A stretch of DNA of 64,000 nucleotides from an uncultured Dysgonomonas sp. (GTDB lineage Bacteria; Bacteroidota; Bacteroidia; Bacteroidales; Dysgonomonadaceae). Every line of letters starts with the position of its first letter. Within the stretch, counting starts at the first letter, position 1. Made by a program: the position numbers and the translations under genes. Positions 36,731 through 46,643 of this stretch are shown in pieces. The notes beneath the pieces are model-generated. The model did no database searches. It saw nothing but the letters and a program-made list of their open reading frames with translations, and was not told the DNA's origin. The stretch spans positions 813 through 64,812 of the forward strand of contig CALKIV010000002.1 of assembly GCA_937995835.1 (NCBI GenBank), read 5' to 3'.

Positions 36731-38521
36731 TTATTTATAAAGTGGACCGTACACTTCACATGCACGATAATCAGCACCTTCTTTGTCTGTTCCAAACAAA
36801 CCCCATACATTTGGCCTATAGATGTCTTTATCAGCCACATTGTGCATATTCACAGGGATTCTCAACATCGCAGCTAATGTGATCAAATCAGCTCCGATAT
36901 GTCCTGCACTAATCGCTCCGTGGTTGGCACCCCAATTAGCCATTACAGAATATACATCTTTGAAGTTATCTTTAGCAGCATCCAAACGAGGAGCGAACCA
37001 AGTTGTTGGCCATCCCTTATCTGTGCGATCGTCCAATATTTTATGAACAGCAGGATCCAACTCCACAGTCCAACCTTCTGCAATTTGCAATACAGGTCCT
37101 TGTCCTTTCACTAAATTCAAGCGAGCCATTGTACAAGGCATTCCTCCTTTAGTCAAGAATTTAGAAGAAAATCCTCCTCCTCTGAAATAACCACGATTGG
37201 CAGGAACCCACGATGTGGCATCCAAACATGCTTGAGCTTCCTCATCTGTTATATCCCAGAAAGGCTTCATAGTTGGATTACCTTGAGCATCGCTTTGCTG
37301 TCCACTACCATCTAATGTAGCAGCCCCTGAATTGATCAAGTGAATCATACCATGTTGCGCAACACCTTCTAGCGTTTTTCCCGTCACTCTTTTTACTGAT
37401 TCAGGACTCCAATAGGTACGCACGTCTGCAAAAATTTGAGCATTATTAGTCAACAGATAACCAAACAGCATTGTAATACCATTAAGCGCATCATTCTCTG
37501 TTGCTAAGATATGTGGTGCACGTCTTCCGTTCCAGTCGAAAGACGAATTTAGAATTGCTTCTGTAAAGTCGCCATTCGGATAAAAGTCCGTCCACTGACG
37601 CTGTCCCTGAAAACCTCCGGCAATAGCATTGTGCCCAAGTGCTTCTTCTCCAAAGCCCATCTCCTTGAGTTTAGGATTTCCTATCATTAAGTCGCGAACG
37701 ATAAGCGTCATCTTCACGCTAAACTCCCAATCCTTAGCTCTTTCTTCATCCGTCTTCTTCAGCTTATCAGTATTAATTGTATCTACAACCTCTTTGCAGT
37801 TGGCTTTTGTCCATGCATAAGCTTTTTGGAATTCTTCTTTGTCATAAATTCCAAGCTCCATTCGACGAATAATTTCTACCTCGTCGATAGACTCACTGCG
37901 CATACCTAAATACTCTTGCAAGAATTCAGGATTGACAATAGAGCCAGCTATACCCATACACATTCCACCTATTCCTAAGTAAGATTTTCCTCGCATAGTG
38001 GAAACTGCCAAAGCTCCTTTAGCAAAGCGGATCAATTTTTCTCTAACATCCTCTGGCATTGTTGTATCAGTAGCATCTTGCACATGCTCTCCGTAAATAC
38101 CAAATGCAGGCAATCCTTTTTGAGCATGCGCAGCCAAAACCGCTGCTAAATATACAGCTCCCGGACGCTCTGTTCCATTAAAGCCCCAAACAGCTTTCAC
38201 GGTGTGCGGATCCATATCCATTGTCTCACTACCATAGCACCAACAAGGCGTAACTGTTATGGTAACGCCAACACCTTCTTTTCTGAATTTTTCTTCACAC
38301 GCAGCACTCTCTGCTACACGGCCAATTGTTGAGTCTGAGATCACACACTGAACAGGTGTTCCATCAGGATATTTTAGTGTGGATGATAGTAAATTTTCTA
38401 CACTCCTTGCCATATTCATGGTCTGATCTTCGAGAGATTCACGCACACCTCCCATACGTCCGTCAATAACAGGACGGATTCCTATTTTAGGCCAATCGCC
38501 TTTAAATCTGTTTGCACTCAT
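36731..38521 (-). CDS. fucI: L-fucose isomerase
   Basis: 596 aa. The N-terminus [21 protein letters not shown] and overall composition are typical of FucI. Confidence 0.9.
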   Translation of the reverse strand: MSANRFKGDWPKIGIRPVIDGRMGGVRESLEDQTMNMARSVENLLSSTLKYPDGTPVQCVISDSTIGRVAESAACEEKFRKEGVGVTITVTPCWCYGSETMDMDPHTVKAVWGFNGTERPGAVYLAAVLAAHAQKGLPAFGIYGEHVQDATDTTMPEDVREKLIRFAKGALAVSTMRGKSYLGIGGMCMGIAGSIVNPEFLQEYLGMRSESIDEVEIIRRMELGIYDKEEFQKAYAWTKANCKEVVDTINTDKLKKTDEERAKDWEFSVKMTLIVRDLMIGNPKLKEMGFGEEALGHNAIAGGFQGQRQWTDFYPNGDFTEAILNSSFDWNGRRAPHILATENDALNGITMLFGYLLTNNAQIFADVRTYWSPESVKRVTGKTLEGVAQHGMIHLINSGAATLDGSGQQSDAQGNPTMKPFWDITDEEAQACLDATSWVPANRGYFRGGGFSSKFLTKGGMPCTMARLNLVKGQGPVLQIAEGWTVELDPAVHKILDDRTDKGWPTTWFAPRLDAAKDNFKDVYSVMANWGANHGAISAGHIGADLITLAAMLRIPVNMHNVADKDIYRPNVWGLFGTDKEGADYRACEVYGPLYK

Positions 38522-38588
38522 AAAATAATTGATATTATGTTTTTCTTGAATATAAAATTCAGTTCTTTATTTACAGCATGGTATAACC

Positions 38589-38596
38589 CAAAGCTA
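38589..38596 (-). promoter_or_regulatory. -7 promoter motif TAGCTTTG upstream of fucI
   Basis: Exact TAnnTTTG on the minus strand, about 68 nt before the fucI ATG. Confidence 0.35.
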
Positions 38597-38695
38597 GCGT
38601 TTTTTTTCGAAAACAAACACTAAATAATCGGCATCAATATTGTACTTTATCGACATCCAAAAATGAATAAGTGCATAACAGTCTGTAAATCTTTA

Positions 38696-38703
38696 TATAT
38701 TTG
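38696..38703 (+). promoter_or_regulatory. -7 promoter motif TATATTTG upstream of the AraC regulator
   Basis: Exact TAnnTTTG 28 nt before the ATG. Confidence 0.4.
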
Positions 38704-38730
38704 TAATCACAACAAATTAAATACCGACAG

Positions 38731-39591
38731 ATGGTAATAGAAAAAGAATTGAATCTCACCTTATTGAATATTGGATTTATAGAGCCCAATGAGCAATGGA
38801 ATTGGAACGATGTGTGTAGTCCTTTTGCCAGAGTTTATTACGTCACAGCCGGCACTGCTAAAATTAAAATGGGAGATAAAACTTTTGACCTCTACCCTAA
38901 TAAGTTATATTTAATCCCACCATTTACCCTCCATAGTAATAAAAGTATAGGACTATTTCATCATTACTATGTGCACTTTCATGAAAGAACAATCCGAAGA
39001 GAGTCTATTTTTGACAAGTATAATTTCCCTCTAGAAGTACCTGCTTCAAGGCTTCATTTAGACCTGATGGATAGATTATTGACTATCAACCCTGAGCGTG
39101 ACTTGCAAAACATTGATCCTCAAGCATACGACAATCCACATACGATTTCTCATTATATTGCCGATAATACAAAGTTGCCTTTACATTCTCTAATAGAAAC
39201 TCAGGGAATTTTATCTCAACTTATTGCGTCTTTCTTTATGGGAGCTAGTACTAAAACACGAAATAAGGACAGCAGAATAGTCAAGTGTCTACAATATATC
39301 CATGAAAACATTGATCAAAATCTCACAATACCCATCTTAGCAAATATTGCCTGTGTGTCTGAAGATCACTTCATACGTCTTTTTAAGGCCAATCTAAAGC
39401 GCACTCCACTTCAGTACATCAATGCTAAAAAGATGGAACACATCCAGTTGTTGCTAATCTCAACTGATGATCCGATTCAAGATATTGCACATCATCTTTC
39501 GATTGATAACATCTCGTATTTCAATCGTCTATTTAAACAGCATACAGGCTTCACCCCTAGCGAGTATAGAAAAGAATATCGTGATAGTTAG
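38731..39591 (+). CDS. AraC family transcriptional regulator (divergent from fucI-fucP)
   Basis: N-terminal cupin-like domain and a C-terminal double HTH (FIRLFKANLKRTPLQYINAKK...ISYFNRLFKQHTGFTPSEYRKE). Confidence 0.85.
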   Translation: MVIEKELNLTLLNIGFIEPNEQWNWNDVCSPFARVYYVTAGTAKIKMGDKTFDLYPNKLYLIPPFTLHSNKSIGLFHHYYVHFHERTIRRESIFDKYNFPLEVPASRLHLDLMDRLLTINPERDLQNIDPQAYDNPHTISHYIADNTKLPLHSLIETQGILSQLIASFFMGASTKTRNKDSRIVKCLQYIHENIDQNLTIPILANIACVSEDHFIRLFKANLKRTPLQYINAKKMEHIQLLLISTDDPIQDIAHHLSIDNISYFNRLFKQHTGFTPSEYRKEYRDS

Positions 39592-40019
39592 TTTTTTATC
39601 TCCAAGCGAAAAACTGTAGTATCACGTTTTACAAAGCCACATGCATCATAGAGTTTATGAGCAGCAACTCTTATTGGATTTGATGTAAGATCTATTTTTT
39701 CCAAACCTTCGGCTTTTGCAAAGTCAATAACAGCATCCATCATCTGTCTTGCCACTCCTCTGCCTCGCGCAGCTGAATCAACAATCACATCTTCTATTCG
39801 CCCTTTTCTGCCTGAAGGCATTTCATTGATAATCAGTGTAACCGTACCGACAATCTCATCATCAAGCTCTGCCAAAAACAGATTAACATCTTCTCTATCT
39901 ATCATCTTCTCAAGATACGCCTCGGATGGAGCTTTTAGATCCTCTGCTAGTTGTGGCATTAGCCTTTCGAAGGCTACAACCACACGCTGAGTCATCTCTT
40001 CTACTTTATATATTTTCAT
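39588..40019 (-). CDS. GNAT family N-acetyltransferase
   Basis: 143 aa with the acetyl-CoA binding motif RGRGVARQMMDAVIDFAK. Confidence 0.8.
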   Translation of the reverse strand: MKIYKVEEMTQRVVVAFERLMPQLAEDLKAPSEAYLEKMIDREDVNLFLAELDDEIVGTVTLIINEMPSGRKGRIEDVIVDSAARGRGVARQMMDAVIDFAKAEGLEKIDLTSNPIRVAAHKLYDACGFVKRDTTVFRLEIKN

Positions 40020-40050
40020 TTTTATGATTTAAGCTTAAACTTACATGAGT

Positions 40051-40086
40051 AAAAAAATAAGGGAGCCATATAAGAATGGCTCCCTT
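40051..40086 (-). terminator. Intrinsic terminator after the inositol-3-phosphate synthase gene
   Basis: Perfect 11-bp stem AAGGGAGCCAT/ATGGCTCCCTT with a 6-nt loop, followed by a T7 run on the minus strand. Confidence 0.75.
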
Positions 40087-40119
40087 AAGTTATCATTTAT
40101 TTACTAAATGCTAATGAAA

Positions 40120-41418
40120 TTAGTCGATAAAATCGATTGTTGTTTCACCTAACATTTGGCGTAAAGTATTTTTTAACTTCACATATTGAATGAACAAGTC
40201 ATGCTCTGCAATCTTTTCTGGCTCGTGCATTGGGCTCTTCAAGTAGAATGATAGCCAATCTTGGATACCAAACATACCAGCACGGTGTGCTAAGTCCATG
40301 AACAATACTAAGTCAAGACATAGTGGAGCTGCAAGAATTGAGTCACGGCATAGGAAGTCTACTTTCAACTGCATAGGATATCCCATCCATCCTGTGATGT
40401 CGATGTTATCCCATCCTTCTTTATTATCACCACGTGGTGGATAATAGTTGATACGAACTTTATGGTAGTAATCTTTATAAAGCTCTGGATATAATTCCGG
40501 TTGAAGAATATTATCAATAACTGAAAGTTTTGATTCTTCTTTTGTTTTGAATGATCCTGGATCGTCAAGAACTTCACCATCACGGTTACCCAAGATGTTT
40601 GTAGAGAACCATCCTTCAAGACCTAACATACGAGTTTTGATCATTGGAGCAAGAACAGTTTTCAACATTGTTTGACCAGTCTTGAAGTCTTTTCCTGCGA
40701 TAGGCACTTGATGTTTGTCTGCCATTTCCCACATAGCTGGGATATCCACTGTAAGGTTAGGAGCACCATTGATGTACCCAACGTTTTCAGCTAAAGCAGC
40801 ATAAGCATAAATATTAGATGGAGCAATTGCAGGATGATTTTCTTTCATTCCTTTTTCAAAAGCTGCCAATGTCTTATGAACATCTCCAAGTGGAGTAAAT
40901 ACTTCTGTACTACCACACCAAATCATCATCAAACGATCACATCCATTTTCTTTTTTGAAATTGCGGATATCTTCTCTTACTTGTTCCATCAAATCCCATT
41001 TTGTAGGAGCTGACTTCACCCAAGTACCGTGTAGACGTTTTACGAATTCTTGATCAAATACTGCTTTCATAGGTTTGATAGCAGCTAGTTCATCTTTCAC
41101 ATTGTTCAAGTGTTTTTCATCCAACACTTTTGCATAAGCAGATGCTTCATATAGATTTTCTTCAAATAGATCCCATCCTCCGAAAACCATGTCCTTCATG
41201 TCTGCTAAAGGCACAGCATCTTTAATTTTAGGGAATCGGTTTTCTTCCCTTTTACCTAGGCGCATAGTCGCCAATTGTGTGATTGAACCGATTGGCACAC
41301 CTGCACCCTTACGAGCTAGTAATGTACCTGCAATAAAAGTGGATGAAACGGCTCCACCAATTCCGACAACAAGAACACCAAGTTTTCCTTTGGCTTCTTT
41401 AATTTGAACTTTTCCCAT
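40120..41418 (-). CDS. ino1: Inositol-3-phosphate synthase (myo-inositol-1-phosphate synthase)
   Basis: 432 aa. NAD-binding N-terminus LGVLVVGIGGAVSSTFIAG and a MIPS-like core (NGAPN, GKDFKTGQT). Confidence 0.85.
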   Translation of the reverse strand: MGKVQIKEAKGKLGVLVVGIGGAVSSTFIAGTLLARKGAGVPIGSITQLATMRLGKREENRFPKIKDAVPLADMKDMVFGGWDLFEENLYEASAYAKVLDEKHLNNVKDELAAIKPMKAVFDQEFVKRLHGTWVKSAPTKWDLMEQVREDIRNFKKENGCDRLMMIWCGSTEVFTPLGDVHKTLAAFEKGMKENHPAIAPSNIYAYAALAENVGYINGAPNLTVDIPAMWEMADKHQVPIAGKDFKTGQTMLKTVLAPMIKTRMLGLEGWFSTNILGNRDGEVLDDPGSFKTKEESKLSVIDNILQPELYPELYKDYYHKVRINYYPPRGDNKEGWDNIDITGWMGYPMQLKVDFLCRDSILAAPLCLDLVLFMDLAHRAGMFGIQDWLSFYLKSPMHEPEKIAEHDLFIQYVKLKNTLRQMLGETTIDFID

Positions 41419-41680
41419 TTTTGTTTTTTAGTTTAAAATTTTTCTGCAACCCGCAGCATCCTTTTAACACGACCGTTTGGAGTAATACATATACATTGGG
41501 AAATGTATGTAGACTGCTGAAAACGATCTGTATAATAAAATCACTTTGATAATAATGCTACTTTATTTTGTTCTTCCAACCCGGACTTTTCTGTTAAGTG
41601 CTATTTTGAACAAGCGCTCAACTTCCATTATTAAAGTATGACACATCATCAACGCGACGTTTATTATCATTTCGACGAAC

Positions 41681-42406
41681 TTATGACAGCTTAAAGATCT
41701 CTTCTAGCTCCACAAAATCCGTTATTACAACATCTGCCGTTGCAGATTCGTTGTCTTTGCCCCATCCTTGACCTTTCAGCCAAATAGTTTTACAAGCATT
41801 TTTTTGGGCAGGTATTATATCTTTTTCATAGGAATCTCCTATCACAACAATACTTTCGGCAGGTAATCCTAGGGCTTCAACACCTAGTGTAAAGATTTTA
41901 GGATCCGGCTTTCTCACCCCCACAACTGCTGACTCGATGATCTGATCAAAGAAATCTAACAACTTGAAGTCACCAAGCACCGCTTGGACATTGCCATAGA
42001 AATTTGAGACCAACACCATTGGATACTTTTCTTTCAAAGATTTGAGCAATGGTATTTCTTTAGATATAATTTCTCTAGCGAAGGTATAGCATTGTTTCGA
42101 TATTCCAATAGAATATTCTTCTGTTTTCTTTCCTTCTGTTAAAAAACCTTTATCGATCAAATACTCTATTTGTATCTTGATCTTCTTTTGGAGCAACACA
42201 TGAAAGTTATCTTCCGGCAAGATCACTAAATTAGTGGCTAAGAATCGCTCTGCATGCACATAAGCTTCTTTAAACTGTTCCTTAGACACTGGCACTTCAT
42301 GTGCTTGATAGGCATCCCAGATAACCCAAGCCCAATGCTCGCCATTGCTATCTATCGTTCCTCCATAGTCAAAGATTATTCCTTTGATCTGTTCTACTTC
42401 AAACAT
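41681..42406 (-). CDS. HAD superfamily hydrolase (subfamily IA-like)
   Basis: Motif I IIFDYGGTID (no Asp at +2), motif II VSN, and C-terminal GDSYEKDI. 241 aa. Confidence 0.75.
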   Translation of the reverse strand: MFEVEQIKGIIFDYGGTIDSNGEHWAWVIWDAYQAHEVPVSKEQFKEAYVHAERFLATNLVILPEDNFHVLLQKKIKIQIEYLIDKGFLTEGKKTEEYSIGISKQCYTFAREIISKEIPLLKSLKEKYPMVLVSNFYGNVQAVLGDFKLLDFFDQIIESAVVGVRKPDPKIFTLGVEALGLPAESIVVIGDSYEKDIIPAQKNACKTIWLKGQGWGKDNESATADVVITDFVELEEIFKLS

Positions 42407-42417
42407 CTACTTTTCGT

Positions 42418-43344
42418 TTAACTGTATTTTCCTGCTTTTACGGCTTCAGAGAAACTTCTCGAAAACTTCTCATGCGTATAAATCATATGCACAAAGATAG
42501 CATTTAAAACGATCAACTCGAAAACAAAGTAAAGCCACGGCCAACCAATCAGAACCGAAACGAAGAGTGCTATCGCTCGTGTATTGAATGACAAGATGTT
42601 AGTCCACTTCATCATCGGAAGGCTCTTCGTTCTAAAATCATCTCTAAAAGTTTGTGGTGCAGCAGAAACACTTCCAAAAGTTTCGCGTAGCGTTTTAAAC
42701 ATTTCTTGCAAGCCCGGAGATAAATCTTCTTGTCCTTTGGTATAATTGGTATAGAAGGTTAAGACTAATTTCTCCCAAAAGTTACCTGTCCAAGTTAAAG
42801 TTTGATTTTTTTCTTTCAGCTCAAAAGTATTATCTAACTCACTTCCTTCTTCACCTTTTAGAAAAAGTAGATGAGCATTTCTGTAATAGTCTGCCATTGC
42901 TGCTTGCTTAGAATGGAAAATTCCGGTTACGATTGCAAGCACCCAAATCCAAATACCCCATTCAGGATATAAGCGCAAACAAATTGCAATATAGATAGAT
43001 GCAAACCATAGATTTCCGGCAAAGCCATCAAGAACTCTCCCTAATGCAGAAAACTGCTTGGTCATTCGCGCTAATTGTCCATCTGCGCTATCATAGGAGT
43101 TTGCCCAAACCAATAAAAATATTCCCAATAGTGTAATCCAAAGTTCCTGAAAGTAGAAACAAACACCTGCCCCCACACCAAGAAAGATGCTTGCGATGGT
43201 GACAGCATTGGGACTAACTCCAAGCTTTTGGAAGAGGAGTGCCCAACGATAGCCTATGGGACGATAAAAATATATATCAATAAATTCTTCGGTGTCGGTT
43301 GATTTTAGAGTCGACTCAAGGGTCGGTTTGTCTGTTGTTGTCAT
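42418..43344 (-). CDS. CDP-alcohol phosphatidyltransferase family membrane protein
   Basis: Signature DSADGQLAR-x8-GRVLD in a polytopic membrane protein of 308 aa. The position of the fourth conserved Asp reads Gly (LDGFAGN). Confidence 0.8.
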   Translation of the reverse strand: MTTTDKPTLESTLKSTDTEEFIDIYFYRPIGYRWALLFQKLGVSPNAVTIASIFLGVGAGVCFYFQELWITLLGIFLLVWANSYDSADGQLARMTKQFSALGRVLDGFAGNLWFASIYIAICLRLYPEWGIWIWVLAIVTGIFHSKQAAMADYYRNAHLLFLKGEEGSELDNTFELKEKNQTLTWTGNFWEKLVLTFYTNYTKGQEDLSPGLQEMFKTLRETFGSVSAAPQTFRDDFRTKSLPMMKWTNILSFNTRAIALFVSVLIGWPWLYFVFELIVLNAIFVHMIYTHEKFSRSFSEAVKAGKYS

Positions 43345-43619
43345 TTATCTTCTTCGTTATCTGAATAATGTCCGTAAGAATTAGCTCGCTTTACGCTATA
43401 TGCTTTCCAAAAGCAAAACGCAGAGAAGAGGAAGTAAAAACCTGCCACCCCCCATTTGCCGGCTACTTCATAGATTTTCAATAAAATATAAGGAAGCATT
43501 CCCTGCTTCAACCCTTGTTCTGTTTGATACAATTCATACCAATAGTATACGCCAATGGCCATGAAAAGACAACCCAGAAAAATGGTTATAATAATATAGA
43601 TTTTAGTTTTTTTGCTCAT
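43341..43619 (-). CDS. Small membrane protein (3 predicted TM helices), unknown function
   Basis: 92 aa. It overlaps both neighbours by 4 nt (translational coupling) and has an acidic C-terminal tail, SDNEEDK. Confidence 0.55.
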   Translation of the reverse strand: MSKKTKIYIIITIFLGCLFMAIGVYYWYELYQTEQGLKQGMLPYILLKIYEVAGKWGVAGFYFLFSAFCFWKAYSVKRANSYGHYSDNEEDK

Positions 43620-44539
43620 CGTCCTAGCTTGTGTAATAGTCTAAAAAACCATCCATTTTTTTCTTCAGTCAGGCTTTCTGAAACTTTTTTGTGAATACAC
43701 TCAGCTATTTTTGGTGCCGCAATCTCTCTGCATGGAGCAAAACTAGGCCAATCATTAAAGTCAATGATTTTAAAACTGCCATCTTTATCCACTACACAAT
43801 CACCACCATATACCTGTACATTCAGCACCTCGCCAGCTTTGTCACAAGCTTTTTTCAGTTCCTCAACAGAAAATTTAAACTCTTGTGCTTCACCATTGAT
43901 AGCCTCTAGTCCAAACTTACTATGACTCAAATCGAAAGGATAGAACCAATAAAAGAAATCGGTACCTGCTACTCCATAAAACTTCACCAAATCGCCCACT
44001 AAGTGCTCATTGATTACGGCATTGGGGATGCCTCTCAACCCGAATTCTTGTAGTATAGAAGTCACCTCCACCACATTTCTGGCATAAGATACATCTTCTC
44101 GATGTATGGCATGAGAGTCTCCTCGTTTGATCCAATAGGCTGGAGCTCGCATTTTCTCCAATTTTTCACTTGGATCTTCATCTACATTGAGAATTATACT
44201 TTTGGGATGTGGCAACTTATGTTGCAACATCAGTTTTGTCATATTTTCGCGAGCACAATTTTCTATTCCATAACCAGAATTAACGATCATTGCTCCTTTG
44301 TTCTCTGCTTTCTTCAAAGCTGATATAGTAGTTTTGTCTCTAGCCATACTGAAGATATGTTTTGCACTTACTTTACCCAATACAAATTCAGACTCAGTAA
44401 ACTCTTCAACATCGTACCCCATTTCGACCAAATGATCTACCACCAAATTGAATATTTTCCCATCGTTTCCGATGTGGTTAGGAGAATATTTCGTGTTACG
44501 CTTTACTCCTGCTATTTTTATTTTTTCTGGTTTTTTCAT
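43616..44539 (-). CDS. ATP-grasp fold protein, unknown substrate
   Basis: 307 aa. Motifs WIKRGDSHAIHREDV, GDLVKFYGV and VYGGDCVVDKDGSFKIIDFNDWPSF resemble ATP-grasp ligases and kinases. Confidence 0.6.
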   Translation of the reverse strand: MKKPEKIKIAGVKRNTKYSPNHIGNDGKIFNLVVDHLVEMGYDVEEFTESEFVLGKVSAKHIFSMARDKTTISALKKAENKGAMIVNSGYGIENCARENMTKLMLQHKLPHPKSIILNVDEDPSEKLEKMRAPAYWIKRGDSHAIHREDVSYARNVVEVTSILQEFGLRGIPNAVINEHLVGDLVKFYGVAGTDFFYWFYPFDLSHSKFGLEAINGEAQEFKFSVEELKKACDKAGEVLNVQVYGGDCVVDKDGSFKIIDFNDWPSFAPCREIAAPKIAECIHKKVSESLTEEKNGWFFRLLHKLGR

Positions 44540-44557
44540 CCCTTTATCGACTTACTT

Positions 44558-45265
44558 TCAAGAAAGTAAGAATTTTTCTGCTTTTGCAATATCTTCTGCA
44601 TGATCAACATCTACAATTTTAGTGAATGGATGTGCTTTCAATTGCAAACCGTCTTTCACTAACTGACGTTGGAAATTTCTCATTCGTGATTGTCCTGACT
44701 CTATGCATCCTTCCAATGTGGCGATCGCTTTTGGTGTCAATCCGTAGATTCCTCCTGAAATATATTGGCAGTCTGCTGCAGAGTCCAAAAATCCTTGAAT
44801 TGTCATATCTTCGTTATCCACATCTACATAAAGAGGCTTCTCATCATCAATATAGTCCGTTACAGCCATCACACCATCAGAAGTTTGATCTGCAATGAAT
44901 GCTTGAATATATTGTTTAAAGTCATCTTCTTTGAAGATTGTATCCACTGTGGTAAGGCAGAATTTACTGTCTCGAAGAAAGTTTCTCAACTCATAAAAGC
45001 TGTGCATAGAGCTTGGCGTAGATTTTACAACCACATTCAATGGAATATCTAGGCTCAAGTTTTGAACATATTCTTGCACCGAAGTCATTTCTTCATTCAC
45101 AATAATGCTAATCGATTTAGCATCATTTGCAAGAAAGATATCAATCAAGCGACGGATCATCTCTTTGCCATTCAACTTCACTAATGGTTTCGGCAACTTC
45201 ACGCCCTCCTCCACTAAGCGAGAGCCTTCTCCTGCCGCTATTATTGCATAATTAATCGTTTTCAT
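44558..45265 (-). CDS. Nucleotidyltransferase (sugar/alcohol-phosphate cytidylyl- or uridylyl-transferase fold)
   Basis: N-terminus AIIAAGEGSRLVEEGVKLPKPLVKLNG is the classic NTP_transferase signature. 235 aa. Confidence 0.8.
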   Translation of the reverse strand: MKTINYAIIAAGEGSRLVEEGVKLPKPLVKLNGKEMIRRLIDIFLANDAKSISIIVNEEMTSVQEYVQNLSLDIPLNVVVKSTPSSMHSFYELRNFLRDSKFCLTTVDTIFKEDDFKQYIQAFIADQTSDGVMAVTDYIDDEKPLYVDVDNEDMTIQGFLDSAADCQYISGGIYGLTPKAIATLEGCIESGQSRMRNFQRQLVKDGLQLKAHPFTKIVDVDHAEDIAKAEKFLLS

Positions 45266-45289
45266 CTTATCTTATAATCGAGATGTGGC

Positions 45290-46378
45290 TTAGTCATTAT
45301 CATTTCCTGACAAATCTAGTTCTTCGTTGTCAGATCCTCTTGCCACATAAAGTTTTTGCAATGGACTAGCATAAGCCTCATCATCAAATTTCCTGTTATT
45401 ATAAACATCGATAGCCATGTAGATTGCTTGACGCAATGACTCTTCGGATGCTACATTTTTTCCGGCTATACTATATCCTGTGCCATGTGCTGGCGAAGTA
45501 CGAACAATTGGTAAACCTGCCGTAAAGTTTACACCTTCTTCCATAGCAAGCGCTTTGAAAGGAGCCAATCCTTGATCGTGATACATAGCAAGTACACCAT
45601 CAAACCTTTTGAAGTCGCCTGAACCAAAAAAGCCATCTGCAGCAAAAGGACCAAAGCAAAGTAGCTTTTCGTCTTGCAATTCACGGATAGCAGGAATGAT
45701 CACATCATTTTCCTCTGAACCTAGGAGTCCATTTTCTCCAGCATGAGGATTGAGTGAAAGGATTGCTATGCGAGGTTTTCCGACTCTAAAGTCTCTTCGT
45801 AGAGAGTGATTGAATATTCTTGCTGCCTCTTTTATTTTATCTTTAGTCACCTTTTGAGGGACTTCCGAAAGAGCTGTGTGACCTGTCACTAGAGCTACAC
45901 GCAGTTCGTTAGAAGCTAAAATCATCAGACTTTTGTCTCCTTCATTTGCAAACTTTTGTTCTAAATACTCTGTATGACCAGGAAAGTGAAAATCTTCACT
46001 TTGTATGTTATCTTTATTGATAGGAGCAGTTACAAGTACATCTATATACTTCTTTTTCAGATCATCAGTTGCTCTTTCTAAGGCTGATAGTGCAGCAGCA
46101 CCCGCCTCTTTGCTCGATTCTCCAAGTTCTATCTTTACCTTCTCATCAATGCAGTTGATAATATTTACTTTATTAGCAACAGCTGTTCTGGTGTCTGGTA
46201 TTTGATTCAGATTCACAGCTTGCAGATTCATCACTTTTCGGTGATACGAAGCTACTTTTTGTGAACCATAAATCACAGGGATACACATCTCGGCTAAGCG
46301 CAAATCGGCAAAAGCCTTTAGGATAACTTCATAGCCTATCCCGTTGATGTCTCCATGTGTAATTCCTACTCTTATCAT
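45290..46378 (-). CDS. pdxA: 4-hydroxythreonine-4-phosphate dehydrogenase
   Basis: 362 aa with GITHGDINGIGYEV, FPGHTEYL and SPAHGT motifs. Confidence 0.9.
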   Translation of the reverse strand: MIRVGITHGDINGIGYEVILKAFADLRLAEMCIPVIYGSQKVASYHRKVMNLQAVNLNQIPDTRTAVANKVNIINCIDEKVKIELGESSKEAGAAALSALERATDDLKKKYIDVLVTAPINKDNIQSEDFHFPGHTEYLEQKFANEGDKSLMILASNELRVALVTGHTALSEVPQKVTKDKIKEAARIFNHSLRRDFRVGKPRIAILSLNPHAGENGLLGSEENDVIIPAIRELQDEKLLCFGPFAADGFFGSGDFKRFDGVLAMYHDQGLAPFKALAMEEGVNFTAGLPIVRTSPAHGTGYSIAGKNVASEESLRQAIYMAIDVYNNRKFDDEAYASPLQKLYVARGSDNEELDLSGNDND

Positions 46379-46635
46379 ATTCTTTTATTATAAAACTATC
46401 TTATTCATTATCTTCCTCATCTTCAGAAGATATTAGTGGTGGAATAAAAATCAATTCATCCTTGCTGATATTTCTCCACCGATTGCTCTCGACAAGCCTT
46501 CAAACCTCTTGCATTTTAGCAACCATACTATATATTAAGAACAAAATAATGAGGCAAATATTGTAGATACCTTCAATTCATTCTTACCTCTTCTTTTATT
46601 ATCTTTCTCTTCCTAGAGGTTTTCCTTTTCAGGTG

Positions 46636-46643
46636 CAAAGGTA
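46636..46643 (-). promoter_or_regulatory. -7 promoter motif TACCTTTG inside the rlmN-pdxA spacer
   Basis: Exact TAnnTTTG on the minus strand, about 258 nt upstream of the pdxA ATG. Confidence 0.3.
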
